The notes under the pieces: model-generated
What the model was told of the DNA's origin: nothing
Database searches by the model: none
The model's input: only the letters and a program-made list of their open reading frames with translations
Position numbers and translations under genes: made by a program
NCBI GenBank assembly: GCA_002633005.1
Contig: NMRA01000352.1
Coordinates: 62,001-126,000 of the forward strand
Direction of reading: 5' to 3'
DNA from: Phoronis australis
Lineage: Eukaryota; Animalia; Phoronida
DNA length: 64,000 bases
Shown here: positions 13,209 through 25,200 of the stretch, in pieces
How positions within the stretch are numbered: position 1 is the stretch's first letter
Layout: every line of letters starts with the position of its first letter

Positions 13209-16200
13209 GTAAATTGTTCTACGCAATGTTATATATGATGCTGATAAAAAGATTGTCTCGTGTTTCTATCTTTCATTGAGCTACCCATAAGGTTATGTAG
13301 AACCTTATCAACAAGTCTGTGTTAATCCAAATACATACAAAAACTATTTAAACTCTCAGTGTAAGTACATACGTATATTTTCTGAAAGTAGAAAGGCTGT
13401 AGAATTTGATTTTGCGACTTTATCTGAGAGGCACTACTACCAAGTTGTACTTGGGTTCCAACACACACACTAATGACTTTGAGAAGTAACATATATATCT
13501 TTGCTAACATATACTAGTATGTAAACGTCTAGTCTTTTGGTTAAAGGTTCGGTTGGGGCGTTTCATTCATCGCACCGATGTCTGTCGTAAATCTCTCAAC
13601 CCTCAGTGGAACTCGGAGTGGTTTAGGTTTGAAGTTGATGACGAAGATTTACAAGACGAAGTTGTCCAAATAAAGTAAATCATGTGTTAAAAGTGTGCTG
13701 AATAGCCATTAGAAAAATTATAATTTTAGCATAGTTAAATTGTGTATAGTATATCTTGTCTAAGTTCTATGCTGTGTGTTCTGAGAGTGTGGTTTTACGA
13801 GCAACAATGAATTTTTTAAGATTTAACTTAAAATTTTAACTGCAATTTAAAGTTGAAACGTCACGTTAAGTGGAATATGTCTTACAACTGTGATAAGACG
13901 GGATTTTCATTGGTTACGGACATCAGTTTGATTCCCTTGGAATTGTTGAGTGTTTAGTTATTTTACCTTTATTTCATTTCTTTATTGTTACCGTATTTCG
14001 CTCCATATTGAGAAAATTATATTGTAATGGGAAATGCCTGAAAAGTTGAAATGCAATATGATTGAGAGCGGTGTCATTTTACTGATGTTGCCTCTTGTGC
14101 CTCTAGGGTATTTGACCACGATACCTACAGTGCTCATGACGCCATTGGTAAAGTTTACATCAACCTCAACCCTCTACTCTGTCGTGAAGGCCCAGCTAAC
14201 CTATCTGGCTGGTTCCCCATTTTTGACACTATGCACGGTAAGATAGACCTGCTTAAAGACTATGCAGTTTTGTCGTGGTAGTCTGTACCTGGTAGCAAAC
14301 TACGTCATTGCTTGCCGGACTTCATGGGATTTCATGCCTTACGCATTTAACCTGATGATGTTGAGATAAGAGTTGCCTAATGAACTGAGGTGCTTCTTTT
14401 CACCTTTTCCATTGTTTGATAATTGCTGTCCACACTCAGACTTACCGAGAACAAGTTACACCTGAAACAATAAATTGTCGCTAAGTTGAAAGGCTGTGTG
14501 GGTGCTATTGAAAGTGGCACAATTTGGCTCACTTGTGAGAACTTACTCCACAAGGTGGGGTAACTTGTTCTAGTGTAACTTGTGCCACTTGTAATTGCCG
14601 AGTGACCGCAAAAATGACTTAAGGCAGAAGTAGTTACCAGATGCATTTACATACAGACTGATTTTTCTGGCGCACTGTATTGGCATTTGGTGTTCATTGT
14701 CCTGCAGAGAGCGACAACTTCCGTCTTACCCCAGTTGTCGAATGTGTGTATGTGTGGACGCTCCGCTTAAAAGTGGGGTAAGTTGCGCCTAGTGCTATTA
14801 GTTCTGGGGTGGGCTGCGTGTCCGGGACTACAGAGTAGCCTACTCAAATGTGTGATGTAGGATGTCCATTGTATAGTCCGTCAAGTCCAAAAGATTGCAT
14901 CATGGCCATTCTAGTTTATGCTTGTATTCCTTGTGGGTGTTTGTGTGAACACTAACAGTTACAAACTATTCTGCTAAAGTTGATCACCCCATCACATTGT
15001 TGAATCAAAATGTAAATTAACTGCAGACATAAGGCTGTATTTCCAGTTTTCCATAAGATGAATAAAGAATTTGTTACGTTTTAACAATTTCCGTGAGATT
15101 TTCATTATCCTAAGAAGTTTTTAGCACGAGCCACTATTTGTGTGTGCAAAACGGTAATTGAACAGAGTAGTAACAAACCACTAAATGTAAATGCCGACAT
15201 ACTGAATGAAATTTCAATGGTTCAATTTTGTTGTTGAGGTAGTTATAATACTTAACTATGTGACCACATTTACGTTTTTGGCCAAAATTGCTCATTTTGA
15301 CTTGTCTCCAGGGCATAACAGAGTTTGAGGTCTACGTTTTTGGAACCTGATGCTTGTTCAGGTGTGGGGGTCTCGCAAGTAGGAACATTCGCCTAATGTA
15401 AGCTTGCGATGTCCTGAAGTTTACCGACCCCACTTGGATCAGCAACCCCTCGAGCTTGCCATCGTAGCTCGTCAATGTCACTTGTGGAGTAACATTCATT
15501 TTGATTGTCAAATCCAGTTCAGTATAGAGCGGATGAGGATTAGCTGATAACCCGAGAAAGGTGATTCCAAATTTGAAGGCATTTTTGTGACATTGCATTG
15601 TCATGATTTCATTGCGCAGGCACCAAGTTCACGGCACACACCTACCTATTGGGTCACAAAATCGTTAGCTATTCCTAATTAACCCAGAAAAAAGCACATT
15701 TCTCCTTGACTACATTTCTTTGTTTTGCTGGTTCCCCACAAGTTACTCGCAGTTCAAACCTTTCATAGTCCAGTAAGGACCTTGGGTACATGAGATTCTT
15801 ACTCAGATTTGAACTCTGCAAGGAGTAATATTCATGCTCAAGGCCTAGATGGTCAGTAAAGCATTTGGTAACAGGATGCTATTAAACCATCTGTCATTGC
15901 AGGTGTGAGAGGAGAAATCAATGTCATAGTCAAACTGGAGCTGTTCTCTGATGTAAACAGATATAAGCAGTCATCGTGTGGGCTACAGTTCTTTCACAGT
16001 AAGTGAGATTGGTTATTGCCTTAGGAAGTGCTGTAATCAAGAAAATAGTGCCAACGAAGTTCGTGTCCTTTTTATGCGCCCACATATTTATATTTGATTC
16101 GGAAACTTGGTTTTGCTGTCGCGTTATCTTTCAAATGACCTAAAAGCACAGGAATGAATACATGTCAGCGGATAAGTGTAATTATGAATAATGTACTATG

Positions 16201-19200
16201 AATTATGTCAATAATGATTTGATTTCCATCCCAAGTTACTTCAGAGCCTCATGTCTCTGCCACTGCCAACGTGAACTGGACAAGGAAGAAAGAACTCTTC
16301 TTGTCACTATAAATCTCAGATTATAGTTTTAATTTTTATACTAAGTCTTAGAAATATGTTTTAACTGTTAAAACAGTGCTAAACAATAAAAATTTGTTCT
16401 TGACATTACCAGTTGCTTTTTGGTGATTGGCTCTTTATTGGTAATATTTTTATGAATAGTAATACCTTACGTGGTTTTTTGTTCTCTCATTCCACTTTTA
16501 TGCTTTGACCCAGGTCCTGTCGTGCCATCGGGCTACAAGTTACAGGCTGTTTATGGGTTTGTGGAGGAACTAGTTGTCAATGACGACCCTGAACATCAGT
16601 GGATCGACAAGATAAGAACTTCTAGAACATCCAATGAGGCGAGACAACGGCTGTTCTCAAAGCTCTCCGGTAACAACCAGTTTTTAAATGGCCATAGCCA
16701 AGTGCGATTTTACAATATAATAATATTAATAGTTGGAAGTTGCCAGTCAGTGTTCATTATTGGGGTCTGCAGCAGACTTTTAGTTAGACGAATTGTAGCT
16801 ATGCCTCGGTGGTACTAGCTGATTGTCTTGTACAAAATGTTATACGGCTTGAATTTCGTTGGCTGTTAGCGTTTGATGAGGCAAATAGAAAACGATTCTT
16901 TCATTACAAGTTGATCTTCTTTCATTACAAGTTGATGCTGAAAATTTGTTTTGCTTACAATGTGCCTGATCCTTGAGGTCCTGAAGCAACTACATTCAAA
17001 CATGGATATCTATTGAAAGCATACTGAAACGACACTTATTCCACGTTGACCATTCCCTGCCATGTCTAAGATCAACTTTTCGTGCCATACATGTTATTAA
17101 TGGACATCCAGGCAAGAATATCTTTGAGTCAATGGAGAAATGTCTTGCGAATATTGAGCTATTCAGTTGCTAAGAACACATTCTGTGTTTGCAGGTGAAT
17201 TGATCAGAAAAATTGGCATCAAAGTCCTTGATATGGGTGGCAATTCTGTGGTCGGGTAAGTTTGCTGTCCTCAGTTTTGCTGCTCATTGCAGAGTTAATC
17301 TTGAACATATTTTGAATACATAGTACGTCTGCAGCAAAGGTCACAAATTTTTGCCCAAGACTCGCAATTTCTTAAAAAATTTTGACCCTTACAGTGCACG
17401 AGTTGGTTACTCTGGATAGCTTGTAATGACGAAATTGAGTTGTGCAGAATTATGCTTGTGATGTGAGATGCTGAAACTACTTATGACAGAAATTTGGTCT
17501 TGCGCTTCTCACGTTTTTGAACAAATATTAATAAATCTCACTTTAGTATTAATGCAAATTCTCAGAGAATATACAAATAACTGCTAATTACTAAGATAAA
17601 TCATTTCTATTCTGATGTGCTAAGCTTTTTTCAGCAATTGTGAAGTGGGAGGACAAGACCAAATTCTATCCTAAGTCTTTTGTTACTTTCATGACCCAAG
17701 GGGTTTTGGATGTTCATTACTAGAGCAGGTAATGAGGTCAAATAAATTTATTGAAGCGATGAACATCCGTCAAGGGGCTGCATCTGGGACTGACAACAAG
17801 ATTTTTTATTGGTACATGCCAAGTGCACATCTGTGTTTTTTTCAGGTACAGTCAATGTTTTGACCTGGAGGGTGAGTCTGGCATTGTTGTACGAGGCATC
17901 GGTACAGCTGTGGCCCTAGTCAGGCACGATCACACTTCTCCACACAGTTCATCACCATTTAAAGAGTAAGTTCTCCTGGACTGCATGCCGTAGATCAAAA
18001 AAATGTGTCTGAAAACTCAATATTGATCACGTTAATACTTCGCCTTACTATGGGAGGACACTGTCATTATTAGCTTTTCTTGCGGAATGATCAACAGTCA
18101 ACCTTTCTCCATGCAAATTTCTTTGAGATGGCTAATGTAACACAGGGTGAATTGATGCTTCACCCCTAGACATTCAGTCTTGAAATGAAGTATACAGTAG
18201 AACTAATTGCGCGTTTTTTTGTGGACTGTCGTAGGAAGTTGGTTTGTTGCCGTAATTTTGTAAGGGCATGATAGTGTACATGCCAAAGGTATACAAGCAA
18301 AATACTGTTCCTTGTCACGACGGATTTTAACTTCCTATGCTCCGTTACAATGGCTCACTCAAGTTACTCTAATTGTGATTTGCGCTCTGCTGTCACCCCT
18401 GTTTATTCCACGTTGTTTTGTCCAATTATATTTAGTGTGTACTGTAAGTAGATGCATTCTCATTTGTGGCTTGCCTCCATTTTCGTTCAGTTAAATTTGC
18501 ACTTCTAGCCTAAAGAACTGTTTTTGTTTGTCATTTTCTCGCCTTACTTGCCTCTTTACATCATTAAGTATATAGCAAGACACTCGTTCCAGTGGCACTT
18601 ATTATTCCAACCTGTATTTCGTTTGTAAAGCCAAATAGCGTCCATGGCAGAATCTTCTTTTCCTTTGTGTGCTCAGTTATTCATGCCTTGCTAACATTTT
18701 CTGTGTTCATTGGTAACAGGCTGAGAATTGTCAGGTCCCCTTCCTCAACGTAGGCTACAGTAGTCAGCTGCTGCTGCTCCCAGTGTGTTTCTTAAGTGCC
18801 ATATAGACAACGTTTTTTAAGAACATTTGGTGAAACACTGCATTATGGTGCTTTGCTGCTTTTGTTGTCATGTTCGCGTATCGCAATTTTATTTCCTTTC
18901 AAGAGTTTATTTTTCAAAATGCATTTTTACTGAATTAATTTCCGTAGCCCGTATTACTCCTTGGCCCTCATTGTCAAGTATTGCGTGGTCACATGACTGT
19001 GTTCTTGTACTCCACTTTGAAGTGTTGCATGGTCACGTGACTGTGTCGTTGTACACCACTTTCTAGTGTGTTGTGTTCTTTGTTTCAGTGCTGCTTCCTT
19101 CTCACACTCTCGTTCATATGCTTCTCTATCCCACGTACGTGGCCCCGTTGCATCTCTTGTCACTACACGCCTGCCCGCTTTCACCCGGTCCCGCTCCATC

Positions 19201-22200
19201 AGCGAAGGTCCCTCCCACCAGTTGAAGTCCTTGGCTTGTCCGGCCCCACACCCCTCCACATCTCCCCCGTCACCCGTTTTGGTGTCCCCCTCAGGTAAAC
19301 AGCCCCCACTTACCTTGCCGATGCTCATGGGCCCATGTCTCACCAGGCATGGCAATCATCCAGGTCTTGGCTCGACCCACTTTGCCAGCATTCCAGAGTT
19401 CTCGAAGTGGACCACCTCTACTGCCCCTGCGCCCTGTGCTATAGCGTCACCCACCTATGGTGCGCGGTGTAAACCGTGTAGAGCTTCGTACAACCTTGCT
19501 GCAGTGCCATTTGACTTTGCTTTCAGCCATTGCCACCCTGCTGCTGCACAATCAGATGAGCCCAGTTCACCTACCACAGCGCCGGTGCGAACAGCATCGA
19601 CAGTTAGGGCAATACCGGCGATCAATCGACGCAACTCTGACTCTGAACTGAGCACTACGCCAAAAGGTTTGTCAGTTATTTGCGTTACGGCAATGTGAGA
19701 ACATTGCACAATCCTGACATCTTTAGACTAGCTATTCTATGCTGCAATGTGGGAAATTCCAAATTGCGATAGCGATTGTTTAACCAAAAATGATTTTTGT
19801 TTTGAAAGTGGCATGCAAATTTCAAGTTAAAGCATAGTTGGTTCTGTCTCTGTTGCTCACTTTTTCAAAAAAGAGAAACACCTGGAATGTCTGCACTCTT
19901 ATAGCTCAACTACGTGGGTCACGTTGGGAACTGTGTTGACTTGCAAGATAACACATGTTGCAGACAACGTATGGTGTACCCAAGTGCACTGAATACTTGT
20001 AAGGTGTGACATGCTGATTTGTCAACACTACAGTGTTTATGTGGATGTCTCGGACATTACCTGAATTACTTTCTGCGAGTGCGTTCACAGAAGATGTTGG
20101 GCACAAGTCCTCTCCCCACAGGTACACCCACTGAGGATAAGCTGAAGGGAATTTGGGGTGATGTTTCTCGTTGTGAGCTGATTTTGAAGTTTTCTCAGAG
20201 GACCTTTCCTGTGGCTGGAAGCTGACTGGCTAAAGGGAACCTCTAGTCTCAGATGTTTCAGCGGTGCCTGCTAGTACATAATACACTTGTTATAGATTTG
20301 CGTACAGAAAGATACATATTATCTGCTTAGTTGAATTTTGAAGTTATTTTCATTTGTCAAAATTTTTGCATCGTTTTGAGCTTCGGCATTACAAACAGAC
20401 ATATGGTGTCCTGTGAGTTTTATCAGTAGTTGTTGCATTGTTGTCTAGCCAGATAACTTTGATGTTTATCTCTGACATAGTGTGTGTATGGAAAGTACTA
20501 TGTCATTTGCACAGTTCCACCTGACCCTGCTATACCTATATATACTTTGGAATGGAGTAGACAAGGCCAGGAACTGGTTCTCTAAACAGACCATAAGTCT
20601 GTGTCATTTCTAACAACGCGACTACAGAAGCCACTTGTTGGATGCTGTATCACCTGTACATTGGCAAGCATGACTTACAAATTATTTTAGATTTGTTTCC
20701 ACATTTGAAGGCTTGCCTTTGCCGGCTTGAAAATTAACTGAGAAGTAAAACGCACTGATTGAATGGTTACTTATGGGGGAGGGTGGCAAAACTGACGTGG
20801 GTGTATGACAAAGAAAGACAAGAATTGGAGGTAAGCGGGATGACGTAATTTACTTAAAAAATAGGGAGCAGTCAATTGCCATGTGAGCTGCTAAACCAAA
20901 CACTGGCTTTTTGGAGCACTGACCAATGCACTGTTTTCATGAAATTATGCCTCTTTTGGCTAGTCCTGGCGTTTCAAACCTTTCAGAAGAAAACGATACC
21001 TTGGCTGATATTGATGCGGGTGGGCGCTTCTTTAAGTAGTAGGCGCAGGTTTCAAAATGACTTGGGGTACAGATCTGAACCAACTATGCTTTTTTGGTCT
21101 TATACCATTTGTCATCAAAATTTTTTTGCTGCATCTTTGAATTAGCATTGTGTTTATGATTCAGGTAACGTCTGTTCTCTAGTTTCATTCTACGTTGGAC
21201 GACGCTCAGGTTTGGTTTTTATATTTGGCCTTTTTATGTTGCACTCGACTGCAAGTAGAAGTACGCTGTTTATTTGTTGATCACTATGATTGAGATTTAA
21301 AGCAGATCTGTAACTTTGTAGTTTAATTTAGAGTTTAGTGGAAGTGGCACTATGGTTGTTTGGTTTTAAATTACAACTGTACATTCTCGCCAATTTCGGG
21401 CTCATCGCAGACAAGTGAATTTTTTCATTTTTTCTACAAAAGATAAGTTACACCAACTTAATTATGACATGGTACCACCAGAAGAGGTTGCTGTTGAAGC
21501 TTTCCCCATTTTCACATTGGTTCAACATAATCTGCTCCATCTAGTGGCCATTTTATGATGCTTATGAACACCCCTGGAGAAATATTGTCTGGAGTGCAAT
21601 TGTGGGCACATCAGTTTCAATTATTTTTCAGTATCCTTATATGGCCTCAGAATTGGTGTTAACTTCCTTTTCAGCCTACTATTTGTGTGTTTGTGTGTGT
21701 GTCTACGTATGTGCGTGCGTATGTGCGCGTGCATGTGCCCTTGGTTAGATTTGGCTAAATATTTTTAGTAAAAACACCGGAATCACATACAAGCAGTCCA
21801 TGGTATCTGATGAGCCAACTTACATACTTCAGAAAGACTTGAAGGTACCCTGAAAGTGTGCTCAACATGTACTCTGAGCTGTTGTATGGAGAATATCATG
21901 GTTAAGGGTATGTGGGACCGTACCCTAGAAAGTATCCAGATTTGTTTAAGTTTGGAATGCCATATCTCAGAAAGGGTTACTTGGGTTGAAATGAAAGTTT
22001 CACATTCTTTGCTACAAAATGCGTTTGGAATTGTTATTTTTAAATGCTTCATTTTTGCTTGAGGGGTATTGAAAGGTAGGACTTTTTGATCTTAGTAAAA
22101 AATGCAAGTTGATGGAAACAAAAACAAATAGGACATTTTGGAAAATTGTAGCACAGCTTCTTTTGAACATTTATATCAAATCAAATTTGAGTCATGCTAT

Positions 22201-25200
22201 TGACAAGGATGTTTTGCTATGAAACTCCTTGGTTTTGCTAAATTTTACTAAGAAGATTTCATCACGTGACCCAGTTAATTGATAATAACATGACAGACTG
22301 GTATAAGTTATACATCAAAGTGTAGAGCCTTTTTCTATCAGAATATTTATACTTTTACTGTAATTTTTAGTTTTTTAGGTATTTAGCACGACGTTGATTA
22401 GCCCTATGTAAACTTAAAAATTGTGTTGTGTTTGTAGTAGCACACTTAGTCATAGTTTGTTTACTAGATGTGTCACTTATTTCTGTGCTGCAAAGATCAG
22501 AGTTGATTTCTGTTTTTGATTTGGTTACCACAGCACTCTACGATATGTTGGGGGAATCTTTTAATACATTCTTCACATGATGGTATGTTCAAGAGGTAGT
22601 GTGTGACAAAAGCATTCAAATTGTGTATAAGCTTAAGTGTGTTAAGTGCTTGATATTAATAAGTGTCTGTTTTTATGTCAAGTCAAAAATGTATTGAGTG
22701 GCATTTCAGGCTTGGAGGGGATAACTAGCCCCCATAGTGTCTTAGAACTTTGTGAATCGTGGGTGTTCACTCACAATTAGGGTTTCTGAAATTGACACGT
22801 AAGGTCAGTGAAAGTAGTTCTTTTTGAACCCTGTTCTTAGTCATACAATGGTACCAGTTGGACTGTGTAACTAAACACAGCTTAACAAAGGGTTTATGGT
22901 CACGGGTGAGAAGATATAATTGTTTTATTGCCCCCTATGGATAGCTGGATATCTGAGCCCAGAATGGAATTAAAAGTGCTGTTTAAACTACATCAAGTTT
23001 GTCCTACGTAATGATGTTCAAAGTGCTATTCTACTTAATTCAACTTATTTACTGTCAGTTGTTGAAACGGTCTGCAATTTTCTCTCCAATACTTTTTACA
23101 GGAAGCAGCTTGGCTGGAAGCAGCGGAAGTGGCAGTGGAAGTGCCAGTCGACCTGTCAGTTATATGCGAATGGTAGCTCCGCCTCCTCACATTGAGACGA
23201 TGGTTTGTGCATTTCTGTGAAATGAATGCATTTCGTGATTGCCTTGTTTTAAGTCTTGCTAAAAGTGCGTATGGTGAACTGCAGCTTATTGCGTTTATGG
23301 AAATATACTGCTAAATTTTGTCAATTTTAATGGTGAAAAAACGCAGTAACGGGACTGATTTGTCGACCTACAGGTTGTTAATGCTGCCTGGTAAAAATCG
23401 TGTTCGAGCACAACTCCACATACTATTGCGAGCTTGGCAGACTTTAGGTAGATGATTTGCTAGTCTTTAGCTTGATGCATTTTGAGGACCATTTTTTCTA
23501 TATTATTTACTTAATGTTGCAACTGATTTTTCGTCTTAACTACATTGTATGTATTGCTTCTTCTTTCGCTCCGTTCAAATTTGTCTGCTTACTCTAAAGT
23601 ATTTCCGTTGCAGGACTTTCCGTTCTTCACCTTGCGTTCATTCCCCCGTCAGATGTTGTTACACCTTGGTGGTGTCGTGTCTGCCAGGTCTGTCAAGCTC
23701 TTGAGTAGGATCCACAATCCAGGTTTGTGACCTTTAGAGTTTAAGGATGAACCAGTGCTGGGTTCTTGAGACGTTTCTGCTAAGAATAAGCAAATGCCTC
23801 GTCTGCGATCCTTTTTTCTTCTGGGAAAAGCTTCATGACTGAAAGTATACTGAGGTTAAATCGCTTAGGAATTCCGGACTAATTTTGAGTTGAAATTACA
23901 CATTCAGAGGCACTAGCTCTTTGAAACCTGTAATTCTGAACATAGGCAATTTTGCCGTACCCTCTGAAGTAAGCTGTAAAGAAACCAACCTTGTGATTGG
24001 TGGCCATGTTCTGGTTGATATCTTTGTAATAAACCAGGGCTGATTTCCGTAGATGCACAACGCTCACAAATAAAGCTGCATAGTGTGATCAAGTTTCTCC
24101 TGTAATGCATGGTGAAATCTCGGTGACTTGCGTGACGCTTTTCTCACAAGAAGGTCGCTCTGTGGAGTGCAACCATATTAAAGGGCTTGGAATTTTCCGC
24201 GGAAACGCGGATTTCCGCTTTTTTCAAATGTTCTGTCCGCGCATTTTATTATATTTCCGCGTAAAAAATCGGATTTGATATAAAATTTCCGCGGCAAATT
24301 CCTTTCTTACTGCGGCGTTGCAGACGACGTTCACCTCGAAAAGCGGAAGTTGCTCTTTATGTTTCGGAGGAACGTAAATTGTCAACATTGCCGGGGCATC
24401 TGGGATAGCGTGGTGGGATTTTCAATGGCGTCTCGTGTTATTGTAAACCACGGTGACAAATACTACGACTCTGCAGCCAAAAATGTGTGGGTTGGGAGTG
24501 GACGGACGAGCTAAAAGGACGCAGACGCATGCTACTGATGGTGGTAACGTTTTTTTTTTTTTAGTCCTCCCGATTTTTGTCGGGGAAAGGTTCACATCGA
24601 CATTCATTGATTCAAGGCTGGGTAGCGCATGATTTGGGCCGTAAAAGTTTCCGCGTTTTTTGTCATAGGTCATTCCAAGCCCTGATATTAAAGGAGACTG
24701 CCACCCAAAAACAACCTATTTTGTATCAGTTTAGATCGAGTAGTTTTATTCGATAATAGCACGTTCGGTTGCATTACCTGACACCTGATGGCAGACGGAG
24801 GTATTGAAATTATCCAGTGACGTCATTGGTTTCACGCGTAGTCTGTTCAGCAGTTCACAACACGGGTTACTGGTGTTAGTTTATCTCTTGAATTCATCGT
24901 TTAACACCAATAAATCATCAAACTTCGATGTAAACCCTTAAAATACACCGCGTTCTTATAAAAACATGTTTTATTTCACTGTTACGGATTTACTGGTATT
25001 TGGACACACCGTAGCCTATGGCAGGCCAATTTACCAATGTCCGTAACAGGAGTTGGGGGTCTGTTTGGTGATAAATTCGAAGTTTTCGTGAAATACCGGC
25101 TGGAGAACCTAGATCTGTGTTGCTAATTGCTTAATAGACTTGTGATTTTTTTTCCTTCTAAACACATATAACACTTGTTATCCCGGTCAGTGGCTCGGAA

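Noticed and set aside
18954-19355. 133-aa - strand ORF
   Set aside because: Antisense shadow of the GC-rich C2CD5 exon 8; no recognisable domain
20091-20121. Possible extra C2CD5 mini-exon
   Set aside because: Would not preserve the phase 1-1 junction between exons 8 and 9
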